The notes beneath the pieces were generated by a model. It ran no database searches. It was not told the origin of the DNA and was given only the letters and a program-made list of their open reading frames with translations. A program made the translations under genes and the position numbers. A stretch of 64,000 nt of DNA. Origin: Cryomorpha ignava (GTDB taxonomy: Bacteria; Bacteroidota; Bacteroidia; Flavobacteriales_F; PHOS-HE28). Location of the stretch: assembly GCA_040391235.1 (NCBI GenBank), contig JBEBYG010000006.1:52602-116601 (forward strand), written 5' to 3'. This document shows positions 1-9,302 of this stretch, piece after piece. Numbering within the stretch: the stretch's first letter is position 1; each line of letters starts with the position of its first letter.

Positions 1-1580
1 TGGAGACCATCATCATCACCATTACCCAGAACATCGTCTGCAGCGGCACCCAACTGGTCAACGACTACATATTCTATATCGACCAGTATCCGCTACTGAA
101 CGTGCAAACAGCTGCTGTGAACGGGGTGTGTGGACAGAGCTATGAGATAGGGCCCACCGTGAGTGGAGGTGCCGGTTTGTATGGGTATTTATGGAGTACG
201 GGGGAAACCACCCCCACGATCAACGTCGAGGTGGATGCCACTACCACCTTCTATGTTACGGTTACCGATACTTGCAGTGTTCCTGCGGTATTGGACAGCA
301 TTACCATATTCGTTCCGGCCTATGCCCCCATGGGTGTAACAGCCAGTCCGGATACCGCCATCGCATGCCTGAACAATGCAGACATCAGCGCGATCACCAC
401 GGTGGGTGGTAATGGTAACTACACGTACGAATGGACCCAGAATGGAACCGTGGTTGGGACCAACGCCACGTTGAACGTACCGGCCAGTGATCCGCTTTGG
501 TATGTGGTAACAGCATATGACGGGTGCATGCATGCAGCCATGGACTCGGTGCTCGTGAGTACCGCCCTACTGCCGAATATCCAGATCGTCGCGTGGGATT
601 CCACTGTCTTCTGTATCGGTGATTCCGTGTTGTTGTTCCCTTTGAGTGTGACCGGTGGGAATGGGGTGTACACATACACGTGGACGAATGATGCCGGTTC
701 AGTCCTGAGCACTGCAGATACATTATTGGTAGGAGTGCCCACCGATGCGAGCTATACCTTGAACGTACATGACCAGTGCGGGTATTCCACCAACAGCCTC
801 TTCACTACCCGTTACCCGAGGTACCAGCCGTTCACGATCAAGTTGACCCCGGATAGCACGATCTGCTTGGGCGATTCGATCAGCCTATGGGCCCGGATAA
901 GCGGAGGCTCCGGTGTGCATACCATCGATTGGGAAGGTTGGGGGTGGAGCGACCCGAAGATGACCTACAGCGGAGAACAAGATGCCACGTTCACTGTGGA
1001 TGTGATCGATCGTTGCGGCGAGTTCATCAGCGCGGTCACGCACGTCACGGTGCAACATCCTGTGGCGCAGATCCTCATTTACCCGCAAGGCCAGGACGAT
1101 TGGCTGTTCCAAGCGGCCACCTATCCGTACTATGTTCCGGTAATGATCTGGGACCTAGGGGATGGTACCCGCGTAAAGGCCACCTCCATCACCCACAGTT
1201 ACTTGGACCTGGAGGATCACTGGGTATACCTGCACACGGTGAGCCAAGAAGGGTGTAGAGCAATGGATAGCCTGTTGATCAAGCCTCCAGCAACGCTCTT
1301 CTTCCCCAACGCATTCACGCCGGATGGAGATGGTGTCAATGATCTGTTCGGCCCTGTGTCTTCATCGGTCAATGAATTCCACATGCTCATTTTTGATCGC
1401 TGGGGCCACGTGGTATTCGAGTCGAATGACATCAATACCCAATGGGATGGCACCGTGACGGGCGGTGGCCTCGCTACCACGGGTGTCTACGTCTACAAGT
1501 ACCGAGCGAAGGGACACTACTACGAAGCCAACGAGAAGTACGGCCATGTTACATTGGTCCGCGGAAGTAACGGCCGATAG
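1..1580 (+). CDS. T9SS type-B (gliding-motility-associated) C-terminal-domain protein with repeated SprB/Ig-like domains. It is 5'-truncated: the ORF is open to the window start.
   Basis: The frame is open from nt 3 with no stop, so the GTG at 102 is not the true start. There are repeated ~90-aa units with a conserved Cys pair (VTVTDTCSVP, VHDQCGYST, VIDRCGEF). The C-terminus FFPNAFTPDGDGVNDLF...LIFDRWGHVVFES...WDGT...GVYVYKY...GHVTLVR matches the gliding-motility C-terminal (type B) sorting domain. Confidence 0.8.
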   Translation, partial: ETIIITITQNIVCSGTQLVNDYIFYIDQYPLLNVQTAAVNGVCGQSYEIGPTVSGGAGLYGYLWSTGETTPTINVEVDATTTFYVTVTDTCSVPAVLDSITIFVPAYAPMGVTASPDTAIACLNNADISAITTVGGNGNYTYEWTQNGTVVGTNATLNVPASDPLWYVVTAYDGCMHAAMDSVLVSTALLPNIQIVAWDSTVFCIGDSVLLFPLSVTGGNGVYTYTWTNDAGSVLSTADTLLVGVPTDASYTLNVHDQCGYSTNSLFTTRYPRYQPFTIKLTPDSTICLGDSISLWARISGGSGVHTIDWEGWGWSDPKMTYSGEQDATFTVDVIDRCGEFISAVTHVTVQHPVAQILIYPQGQDDWLFQAATYPYYVPVMIWDLGDGTRVKATSITHSYLDLEDHWVYLHTVSQEGCRAMDSLLIKPPATLFFPNAFTPDGDGVNDLFGPVSSSVNEFHMLIFDRWGHVVFESNDINTQWDGTVTGGGLATTGVYVYKYRAKGHYYEANEKYGHVTLVRGSNGR

Positions 1581-1597
1581 ACTTTAACAGAATCTAC

Positions 1598-3220
1598 ATG
1601 ATACGTCAACTATGCATTTTTCTGGCCGGTGCCGCAGTGGTACCCGCAATGGCCCAGCTGAACGTGACCACGTCCATGACGCCTGCGCAACTCGTCCAGA
1701 ACGTTCTGGTGGGTGGTGGCGTGTCCGTATCGAATGTCACCTACAACGGTGTGGCCGTTAACCTGCCGCAGGATGGCTCCGGAGCATTCACCAACGGGAA
1801 CTCAACCAACTTGGGCTTGGATGCCGGCTTGATCCTCTCATCGGGACTGGCGTCGAACATCCCTGGCCCTGCTTCCTATTTCGGTAGTGATGTGCTCAAC
1901 ACCGGCTCGGATCCCGATCTGGTGGCGATCACAACTCCAGGAAACTCCATCCAGGACAAGTCCATATTGGAATTCGATTTCGTTCCGAACGGTGATTCCC
2001 TGAAGTTCAATTATGTCTTCGGCTCCGAGGAGTATCCCACCTTCAATTGTAGTTCGAACTACAACGACGTATTCGGCTTCTTCCTGAGCGGACCCGGCAT
2101 TTCCGGCCCATACACCAACAACGCCATTAATATCGCCTTGGTGCCCGGCACGAACCTGCCGGTGGGGATCGCCAACATCCACGGAGCGGACGGCGCTGGA
2201 TGCCCTCCGGCCAACCAAGCATACTACGTCAACAACTCAAGTGGTACCACCATCTCCTTGAACGGCTTTACCACCGTGCTGCGCGCAGAAGCTGCAGTGA
2301 CGTGCGGGCAGACCTACCACATTAAGCTCGCCATCGGTGATGCCGGTGATAACAGCTATAACTCTGCGGTATTCTTGCAGGCCGGTAGCTTCCAGTCCAA
2401 CGTGCTGCCCACCTTGACCGCCAGTACGCTTCACGGTGATGGTACCGCAGCGGAAGGTTGCTTGGGAGGCAACTTCACCATCTATCGCCCGCCCGGAGCC
2501 GATAGTACCTATACCGTGGACTTCTACTTCAGCGGAACAGCCATCCCGGGTGTAGACTTCAACAATATCCCCAGCCCGGCCGTTATTCCGGCTGGCCAGG
2601 ATTCCGTGGTGCTCCCTTTCCAGGCCTTTGAGGATGGAATTGCCGAGGGCATCGAAACGGCCATCATGAACGTATATCTCGTGAATGCCTGCGGTGATAC
2701 CCTCACCAACTCTGTGATATTGGCCATCGTGGACTATCCTGAAATGGTTTTAGATAGTCCCACCCCCTTGTTGTTGCAATGCGATCAGGATTCAATACCC
2801 TTGTTTGCCAGCGTAAGCGGCGGCTTTGGACAGGTCACCATGTACTGGGGCGATTCCATTTATTCGGATCACATCTTCGTGCCAGGCATGGAGAACGGCA
2901 CGTATATCGTCTCAGCCACCGACCAGTGCCCCAAGACGGTGAGCCTGAGCATTGAGGTGGATGCCGGATGCCAGGTCATCATCCCCAACGTGATCACACC
3001 CAACAGTGATGGGCACAACGACAAGTTCGTGATCGAGGGGATCAAAGGCCGGGACAACCACGTCCAGATCTGGGATCGCTGGGGAAAGGAGGTCCTGAAC
3101 GTGAACAACTACCAGAACAACTTTGCCGCCAAGGGACTCCATGATGGAGTCTATTTCTACGTGATCCGGGTCCTGGAAAAGGAGTACACCGGACACCTGC
3201 AGATCTTGGGAAGCAAATAG
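1598..3220 (+). CDS. Secreted protein with an N-terminal choice-of-anchor-L-like domain and a T9SS type-B C-terminal sorting domain
   Basis: Signal peptide MIRQLCIFLAGAAVVPAMAQ. The N-terminal region (LVQNVLVGGGVSVSNVTYNG...GLDAGLILSSG) resembles the choice-of-anchor L domain. The C-terminus IIPNVITPNSDGHNDKFVIEG...IWDRWGKEV...GVYFYVIRV...GHLQILGSK is a type-B CTD. Confidence 0.75.
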   Translation: MIRQLCIFLAGAAVVPAMAQLNVTTSMTPAQLVQNVLVGGGVSVSNVTYNGVAVNLPQDGSGAFTNGNSTNLGLDAGLILSSGLASNIPGPASYFGSDVLNTGSDPDLVAITTPGNSIQDKSILEFDFVPNGDSLKFNYVFGSEEYPTFNCSSNYNDVFGFFLSGPGISGPYTNNAINIALVPGTNLPVGIANIHGADGAGCPPANQAYYVNNSSGTTISLNGFTTVLRAEAAVTCGQTYHIKLAIGDAGDNSYNSAVFLQAGSFQSNVLPTLTASTLHGDGTAAEGCLGGNFTIYRPPGADSTYTVDFYFSGTAIPGVDFNNIPSPAVIPAGQDSVVLPFQAFEDGIAEGIETAIMNVYLVNACGDTLTNSVILAIVDYPEMVLDSPTPLLLQCDQDSIPLFASVSGGFGQVTMYWGDSIYSDHIFVPGMENGTYIVSATDQCPKTVSLSIEVDAGCQVIIPNVITPNSDGHNDKFVIEGIKGRDNHVQIWDRWGKEVLNVNNYQNNFAAKGLHDGVYFYVIRVLEKEYTGHLQILGSK

Positions 3221-3227
3221 CCTGCGG

Positions 3228-4760
3228 TCAGCGGAGATCACTGATCAGTGAACGGCCCGTCATTTCGGCGGGCTGTTCCATTTCCAAGAGGTCCAATAAC
3301 GTTGGGGCTACATCGGCCAAAATGCCATCTCGCACTTGAACGTGCCGGTCGGTAAGTATGATCACCGGTACCGGGTTGAGGGTATGGGCCGTATTGGGCG
3401 AGCCATCCGGGTTCACCGCCTTGTCCGCATTGCCGTGGTCTGCTATCAGGATGAATGACCAGCCCTTTGCGCGACCGGCCTCCACTACCTTCTTGGCGCA
3501 GGCATCAGTGGTCTCCACCGCCTTTACGATCGCTGGGAATACCCCGGTATGACCCACCATGTCGGGATTAGCGAAGTTCAACACCATCAATTGGGTATCC
3601 TCTTCAGCGAATGCCTGCAATGCCGCCTCGGCCACAGCTGGAGCGCTCATTTCCGGTTGCAGGTCGTAGGTGGCCACTTTGGGTGATGGAATGACGTTGC
3701 GCCGCTCCCCCGGGAATGGCTCCTCCCTGCCCCCACTGAAGAAAAAGGTGACGTGCGGATATTTCTCGGTCTCTGCCAAGCGCACTTGTTTTGCTCCCGC
3801 CCGTGAGACCACCTCACCCAGCGTCATGCGCAGGTCCTCTTTCTGAAAGATCACGTCTATCCCTTTGAACGCATGGTCGTACATGGTCATGGTTACATAG
3901 TGGAGCTGCAGGGGTTGCATATCCAGATCGGGGAATGCACGTTGGGTGAGTGCCTCGGTGATCTCGCGGCAACGATCCGTGCGGAAATTGAAACAGATGA
4001 CCACATCACCTGGTCGGATATGGGACAATGCCCGTTCATCCGTTCCAATGATGGCACAGGGCTCAATGAATTCATCGGTAATGCCCTTGGCATAGCTGGA
4101 CTCTATGGCCCAACTCGCGCTGGGGGCCTTATCGCCTGTTCCCCGTACCAACAATTCGTAGGCCTTCTTGATGCGCTCCCAGCGTTTATCGCGGTCCATG
4201 GCATAATACCTCCCACAGATGGTAGCCACCCGTGCAGGGGTCCCCATGATGTCCTGCTCCAGCTTTTGCACGGATCCGAGTCCGCTTTTAGGGTCCGTAT
4301 CGCGCCCATCGGTGAAGGCGTGGATAAAGACATCCTTCAGCCCCGCCTTTTCGGCCAGCTTGCACAAGGCAACCAAATGAGCACTCTTGGCATGTACGCC
4401 GCCATCACCGATCAGGCCCATGAGGTGAAGGCGCTTGCCCGGTGTGGCCGCCACACGGAATGCCTCTTGGAGCACAGGGTTACGCTCCAGTGAACCATCG
4501 GCTATGGCTTGGTCAATACGCACCAGGTCCTGGTACACCACGCGCCCTGCACCGATGTTCAGGTGTCCCACCTCGCTATTGCCCATTTGTCCAACCGGCA
4601 GGCCCACGTTCTCCCCGTCCGTGCGCAAGCTCGCGTGAGGGGCATGTCGCAGTAATCCGTCCATGAACGGGGTTTTTGCTTGGGCAATGGCATCTGTATC
4701 ATCGCCTGCTCCAATACCCCAACCATCCAGGATGATCAGGGCGGTTTTCTTGGTGGTCAT
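3228..4760 (-). CDS. gpmI: 2,3-bisphosphoglycerate-independent phosphoglycerate mutase
   Basis: 510 aa. The N-terminus KTALIILDGWG and the full length are consistent with iPGM. Its start overlaps the upstream histidine-kinase stop by 4 nt. Confidence 0.9.
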   Translation of the reverse strand: MTTKKTALIILDGWGIGAGDDTDAIAQAKTPFMDGLLRHAPHASLRTDGENVGLPVGQMGNSEVGHLNIGAGRVVYQDLVRIDQAIADGSLERNPVLQEAFRVAATPGKRLHLMGLIGDGGVHAKSAHLVALCKLAEKAGLKDVFIHAFTDGRDTDPKSGLGSVQKLEQDIMGTPARVATICGRYYAMDRDKRWERIKKAYELLVRGTGDKAPSASWAIESSYAKGITDEFIEPCAIIGTDERALSHIRPGDVVICFNFRTDRCREITEALTQRAFPDLDMQPLQLHYVTMTMYDHAFKGIDVIFQKEDLRMTLGEVVSRAGAKQVRLAETEKYPHVTFFFSGGREEPFPGERRNVIPSPKVATYDLQPEMSAPAVAEAALQAFAEEDTQLMVLNFANPDMVGHTGVFPAIVKAVETTDACAKKVVEAGRAKGWSFILIADHGNADKAVNPDGSPNTAHTLNPVPVIILTDRHVQVRDGILADVAPTLLDLLEMEQPAEMTGRSLISDLR

Positions 4761-5716
4761 GAGTGCTGTGGGAATATAGCTGTGAAGGTAGAACCATGGG
4801 GCATTACCGCTCGGTATTCCACCCGACCGCCCAGATCCTCCATGAGTCTACGGACGATGAAAAGCCCTAAACCTGTGCCCTTCACGTTCCGGGTGGCCTC
4901 GTTACCTCCGCGATAGAATTTACCGAACATCCGCTGCCTGTCCTCCTCCGGTATACCCGGTCCGTTATCCGTTACCTGAAGAGATACGGCAGCGTCCACC
5001 ACACTAAGCTCCACCTGCACCGTGGAACCCCCGGGTGCGTATTTACAGGCATTGCCGAGGAGGTTCCCCAGAATGGAGCGGAAGGCTATTACATCTGTGT
5101 GCAGGGTCAACGCTGGTGGCAAAAGCACATCGAGTCGATGATCCCGACCATAGGAGGATCGCGCCTCCTCCAATAGTTCCCGGGTTTCCTTTACCACGTC
5201 CACGGGCACCAGGGTGGGAGAGCCAGCATGTTCCTCCAACCGGCTGGCCAAGAGGATCTGTTCGGCCAAGCCATGCAACCGCTCCACATCGGAGCGGGCA
5301 CTGCGTGCAAGCGCTTCACGCTGCAAGGGGTCGAGACCGGGCCGTTGCAGTGTTTGCAAGTGGAGCTTCAGCGCGGCAATGGGTGTGCGCAGCTCATGGC
5401 TGGTGGCCATCAGGAAATCCCTTTGCTGGCGGGCCAAGGAAAGCTCATGTCGCAGGGTGCGGAAGGTGATCCAGAGCGACAGTAAGAGCAGTATCAGAAA
5501 GACCAGTCCTTCACCCACCACCATCATCAACGTGTGCTTGGGCAGCCGGATCGGAAGGTGAGGCACTACGCCCTCTGTGATCAACTGTTGCTGTAAAGCA
5601 AAGATGTCCCGGTCCTTGCTAAGCAATAGCCACATCCACCAAGCTGATTGCAATAGGATGTACAGGACCAAGAAGCCAAAAAGGAGCACCGGGGTGCGAG
5701 GGGCAGGGCGTGCCAT
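4757..5716 (-). CDS. Two-component sensor histidine kinase (2 TM helices, HisKA, HATPase_c)
   Basis: H-box HELRTPIAALKLH. N/G boxes NLLGNACKYAP, DNGPGIPEE, GTGLGLFIV. Two N-terminal hydrophobic helices. No response regulator is adjacent. Confidence 0.85.
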   Translation of the reverse strand: MARPAPRTPVLLFGFLVLYILLQSAWWMWLLLSKDRDIFALQQQLITEGVVPHLPIRLPKHTLMMVVGEGLVFLILLLLSLWITFRTLRHELSLARQQRDFLMATSHELRTPIAALKLHLQTLQRPGLDPLQREALARSARSDVERLHGLAEQILLASRLEEHAGSPTLVPVDVVKETRELLEEARSSYGRDHRLDVLLPPALTLHTDVIAFRSILGNLLGNACKYAPGGSTVQVELSVVDAAVSLQVTDNGPGIPEEDRQRMFGKFYRGGNEATRNVKGTGLGLFIVRRLMEDLGGRVEYRAVMPHGSTFTAIFPQHS

Positions 5717-5819
5717 GGCGCAAAAGTAGAGGCTGCGGCCAATGTCCTCTTCTCCGATGTCCCCTCACCACTGCTGCGGGTAGGCCTGATCCAGCCCCGA
5801 TCTTGTGAGAGGAATTTCC

Positions 5820-5849
5820 AAGGGTATACCCAGTACTGGGTATACCCTT
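5820..5849. promoter_or_regulatory. Perfect 30-bp palindrome (candidate operator) in a divergent intergenic region
   Basis: AAGGGTATACCCAGTACTGGGTATACCCTT equals its own reverse complement. It contains two 10-bp palindromic GGGTATACCC half-sites around a palindromic AGTACT core. It lies about 40 bp upstream of the HD gene start and about 105 bp upstream of the HK start. A TAnnTTTC -7-like element (TACTTTTC) lies immediately 3' of it. Confidence 0.6.
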
Positions 5850-5887
5850 TACTTTTCGTCGCCATATCTTGCACACGGCTTCAATTG

Positions 5888-6475
5888 ATGGATCAACAAG
5901 CAGCAAAGGCCTTCATCCTTGCGGAACTGCATGTCGGCTTGCCCGGGTTGCGTACGTATCACTCGTTGGAGCACACCTTGGATGTGTATGCATCCACTAT
6001 CACCATCGCCGAACAGGAGGGTGTAAAAGGGGAGGACCTGAACTTGCTGAAAACAGCCGCCCTGTTCCACGATGCCGGCTTCCTTGTGCTACCGGACGAT
6101 CATGAAAAAGGAGGCTGCCAACTGGCGAATGAACACCTGCCGCGGTTCGGTTATACGGATGAGCAAGTGGACCGGATCTGTACCATGATCATGGCTACGA
6201 AGATCCCGCAAAAAGCCCACGATCGATTGAGCGAGGTTCTTTGCGATGCAGACCTGGACTACTTGGGTCGGGATGACTTTTTCATGGTGGGTGATCGGCT
6301 CTATGAAGAAATGAGGACCTACGGGACCTTGACCACACGGCAGGAATGGAACCTGTTGCAGGAGAAGTTCATCGCCAACCACTCGTACTATACCGCAACA
6401 TCGCGTGCCTTGCGGGAGCCCATGAAGCAGCAGCATCTCCAGTGGGTGCGTCAGTGGCTTCGCGACAATCCCTGA
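5888..6475 (+). CDS. HD-domain phosphohydrolase
   Basis: Motifs HSLEHTLDV...LFHDAGF...DADLDYLGRD match the HD superfamily metal-dependent phosphohydrolases. The ATG at 5888 is preferred over the TTG at 5885. Confidence 0.75.
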   Translation: MDQQAAKAFILAELHVGLPGLRTYHSLEHTLDVYASTITIAEQEGVKGEDLNLLKTAALFHDAGFLVLPDDHEKGGCQLANEHLPRFGYTDEQVDRICTMIMATKIPQKAHDRLSEVLCDADLDYLGRDDFFMVGDRLYEEMRTYGTLTTRQEWNLLQEKFIANHSYYTATSRALREPMKQQHLQWVRQWLRDNP

Positions 6476-6522
6476 TGAAGTCCAAAATGGGCGAAGCCCC
6501 CGGAGGTCCGGAGGCTTCGCTT

Positions 6523-6598
6523 TGGTGGTGCCTCCCAGAATCGAACTGGGGACACATGGATTTTCAATCCATTGCTCTACCAGCTGAGCTAAGGCACC
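6523..6598 (-). tRNA. tRNA-Phe (GAA)
   Basis: The reverse complement reads GGTGCCTTAGCTCAGCTGGTAGAGCAATGGATTGAAAATCCATGTGTCCCCAGTTCGATTCTGGGAGGCACCACCA. It has a cloverleaf with a GAA anticodon, a GTTCGATTC T-arm and an encoded CCA. Confidence 0.9.
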
Positions 6599-6668
6599 AA
6601 GATGTTGATCACCATCTTTGCGGGGCTGGTTCCGCGTCAAGGGGCGGCAAATATAGCTGGTTAGGTGA

Positions 6669-7430
6669 ATGAACGGGCATGACATTGTAGAACTGGTGAT
6701 CGATGTGGGGAATTCCCGCATGAAAATGGGCCTCTTTTCCCGCGGACGCCTCGTGGATCGTGGTATTGCGCCATTGAGCGATATAAGCGCTGTGGAGGAA
6801 TTTCTTTCAGGCCGTCGTCCAACTCGCGTCGCGATCGGGTCGGTTGCAAAGGCGGATGAGGGGTTCTTGCATGCCTTGGAACGGACTGCACCGGTCACAC
6901 TGATCACCGGGGCATCCCCATCTCCCCTCCGGAGTTTATACACTACGCCAAACACCTTGGGTGTGGACCGCTTGGCCAACATCGCTGGTGCTGCAGCCAT
7001 CTTTCCAAGGCGGTCCGTATTGGCCATCGATCTGGGCACATGCATCACCTATGATCTGGTGGGTGAGTTGGCTGTTCATCGTGGTGGGCTCATCTCACCG
7101 GGATTTCGCATGCGTGCCAAAGCAATGCATGCGTACAGTGCCCGTTTGCCGGATGTGGATCCTCCGGAAAATACCAGCCTGCTCGGCACGGATACGTTCA
7201 CCAGTTTGGCCGCTGGCATCCACCATGGCGCCCTCATGGAACTCAAAGGATTGATACAGGAATTCAGGCAACAACACCGTGGCTTGGCCGTTGTGCTCAC
7301 CGGTGGTGATGCAATTCGGGCGGTCAGGGCGCTGAAAAGCGGCATCTTTGTGCACCCTACGCTGACACTTATCGGCCTCCATGCAATTTTGCACCATGAA
7401 CCGGACCGCAGTCCTGCTGTTGCTCACTAA
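6669..7430 (+). CDS. coaX: Type III pantothenate kinase
   Basis: Motifs LVIDVGNSRMK, GVDRLAN, AIDLGTCITYD, GTDT. About 250 aa. Confidence 0.85.
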   Translation: MNGHDIVELVIDVGNSRMKMGLFSRGRLVDRGIAPLSDISAVEEFLSGRRPTRVAIGSVAKADEGFLHALERTAPVTLITGASPSPLRSLYTTPNTLGVDRLANIAGAAAIFPRRSVLAIDLGTCITYDLVGELAVHRGGLISPGFRMRAKAMHAYSARLPDVDPPENTSLLGTDTFTSLAAGIHHGALMELKGLIQEFRQQHRGLAVVLTGGDAIRAVRALKSGIFVHPTLTLIGLHAILHHEPDRSPAVAH

Positions 7431-8733
7431 CCTCGGCTTAGCCACGGCTTTCGCCCAAAGCGCAGGGAATTCGCCCTACAGCGCCTATGGATTTGGGGAT
7501 CTGGTGTATACCGGCCAAGTATCCCAGACGCTGATGGGAGGGACCGGCTTGGCCATTTCCGAGCCCTATAGCGTGATCATGGGGAATCCTGCCAGCTATG
7601 CTTCCATGGCCAGGCCCGTATTCGAGACAGGGGTTGCCTTGCGCTCCACCCGCAGCACTTCATCCTTGTCCAGCAGTACGCAGAAGGATGCGAATTTCCT
7701 GGGTTTCAGCATCGGCGTGCCATTTGCCAATGGCAAATGGGGATTAGCCTTGGGACTCACCCCGTTCAGCGAAGTGGAATATTCCACCACGCGCAGTTCC
7801 GCTTTCGATGGCGGAACGGTGAAGTATGACTACTCAGGTAGCGGTGGACTGGACAGGGCCTTCTTTGGTCTTGGGCGTACACTTTACTCCCAACGCTTGG
7901 ATTCCGTGGGCAACACCGGAACACGCATCACCTTGGGAGCCGATTTCAACTTCATCTTCGGAAGCATTGAGCAAACGCGAGCTGCGATCTATACCCAATC
8001 GGACGGGTTCAGCAACACGAAGGCCTTCTCTGCTCTTGTCCTGCGCGCCCCCACAGCGGACGCCAGTGTAATGTGGCAGGGCGATCTTACTCGCAAGAAG
8101 CACCGGGATGATAACAATTGGCGCTGGTCCATGGGGGCATCCGTTGGTTTGCCGACAGGCTTCAATGCCAAGTACTCCAACTTGGTCACGAGCTATATCA
8201 CTAATTCGGACATTGATAATGTGCGCGATACCATCTCTGATCAACGCAGTGTAAGGGGAAGGGTCGAGATCCCTGTGTCATTTGGCCTCGGTCTGGGTGT
8301 ACAGAATGCACATTGGGCATTTACCGCGGAGGTGCAGCAACGCGACTGGAGCGCGGTGAGTATCGACGTGCCCGGATATTCCTTGCCCGCGCCTTTGCGC
8401 AGTTCCATTACTTACGCTGCGGGCGCCAGGTACCGGCCGGGCACTGAAGGAGGCGTATTCCATAGGGCGGTCTATCGTGCAGGGCTGCGCTATGTGGAAA
8501 GCCCCCAAGAGGTACGTGGTATGGGCTTGAACAGCAGCATCGCTACTGCAGGGATCTCCTTCCCGCTCAATGCCATGCAGACAAACAGCTGGCTGCACAT
8601 TGGCGGAGAGTTCGGCCAGCGTGGATCCACGGAGAAGGGATTGGTCGAAGAGCGGTTCGTTACCCTTTGGCTCGGCGTGGCATTCACCCCATGGCGCGGG
8701 GAACGATGGTTCACGCCACCCAAGATCCAATGA
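7396..8733 (+). CDS. Outer-membrane beta-barrel protein. The N-terminus suggests a FadL/PorV-like fold, but the family is uncertain.
   Basis: Signal peptide MNRTAVLLLLTNLGLATAFAQ. The N-terminal motif SPYSAYGFGD...MGGTGLAIS...NPAS is reminiscent of FadL/OmpP1-type barrels. It is Gly/Ser/Thr/Tyr-rich with alternating amphipathic strands and a C-terminal aromatic. The start at 7396 (M6) is preferred. It overlaps the coaX 3' end. Confidence 0.6.
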   Translation: MNRTAVLLLLTNLGLATAFAQSAGNSPYSAYGFGDLVYTGQVSQTLMGGTGLAISEPYSVIMGNPASYASMARPVFETGVALRSTRSTSSLSSSTQKDANFLGFSIGVPFANGKWGLALGLTPFSEVEYSTTRSSAFDGGTVKYDYSGSGGLDRAFFGLGRTLYSQRLDSVGNTGTRITLGADFNFIFGSIEQTRAAIYTQSDGFSNTKAFSALVLRAPTADASVMWQGDLTRKKHRDDNNWRWSMGASVGLPTGFNAKYSNLVTSYITNSDIDNVRDTISDQRSVRGRVEIPVSFGLGLGVQNAHWAFTAEVQQRDWSAVSIDVPGYSLPAPLRSSITYAAGARYRPGTEGGVFHRAVYRAGLRYVESPQEVRGMGLNSSIATAGISFPLNAMQTNSWLHIGGEFGQRGSTEKGLVEERFVTLWLGVAFTPWRGERWFTPPKIQ

Positions 8734-9302
8734 CCTTTTTGAAGGGAGTGTGGATCTTCGGCGTTGCTTGCCTGTTGCTGGCCTGCAAGAATGACCTGGA
8801 TCGCGTGGCCGCTATCGAGGTACCTGCCAATAGCGCGGACCGGATCACCACCCAAGCCGAATATCTGTATTCAGACAGTGGTCTCGTTCGGAACCGAATT
8901 CGCGCGGGTACCATCTCGGAATTCAATGGAACGTCGCCGCGTAGAGAGTTGAGTGATGGAGTGGAGCTCACTTTCTTCAGCCCTGATGGCCATGCGGGTA
9001 GCCAATTGACAGCGCGACGGGGGGAGATGGATCAGGAGGGGAACCGAATGACCGTGGAGGAGCAGGTGGTATTCGTAAATGCCAATGGGGAGAAGCTCGA
9101 GACCGAACAATTGACCTGGAACCAGGACAGCAACAGGGTATTTACCGATCGCCCAGTGAAGATCACCCGGGCCCGCGACATCATTTACGGCCAAGGTCTG
9201 GATGCGGCGCAGGATTTCAGCAGCTACACCATACGTCGCATCACGGGAACGCTTTTCATTGATCGGAGCGATACCTTGGCACCAGAGAACCACGACCGTT
9301 GA
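8730..9302 (+). CDS. lptC: LPS export periplasmic protein LptC
   Basis: N-terminal anchor MTFLKGVWIFGVACLLLAC. The LptC-like beta-jellyroll segment is YLYSDSGLVRNRIRAGTISEF...LTWNQDSNRVFTDRPVKITR...IYGQGL. An ATGA overlap with the upstream stop is the basis for moving the start to 8730. Confidence 0.7.
   Translation: MTFLKGVWIFGVACLLLACKNDLDRVAAIEVPANSADRITTQAEYLYSDSGLVRNRIRAGTISEFNGTSPRRELSDGVELTFFSPDGHAGSQLTARRGEMDQEGNRMTVEEQVVFVNANGEKLETEQLTWNQDSNRVFTDRPVKITRARDIIYGQGLDAAQDFSSYTIRRITGTLFIDRSDTLAPENHDR

Noticed and set aside
6476-6668. Possible integrative element at tRNA-Phe
   Set aside because: No integrase, recombinase, transposase or direct repeat of the tRNA 3' end is present. The flanks are housekeeping genes (HD hydrolase, coaX).
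6089-7048. 319-aa ORF on the minus strand spanning the HD gene 3' end, tRNA-Phe and the coaX 5' half
   Set aside because: It overlaps a tRNA and two well-supported genes on the opposite strand. It has no recognisable motifs. It is a typical high-GC antisense artefact.
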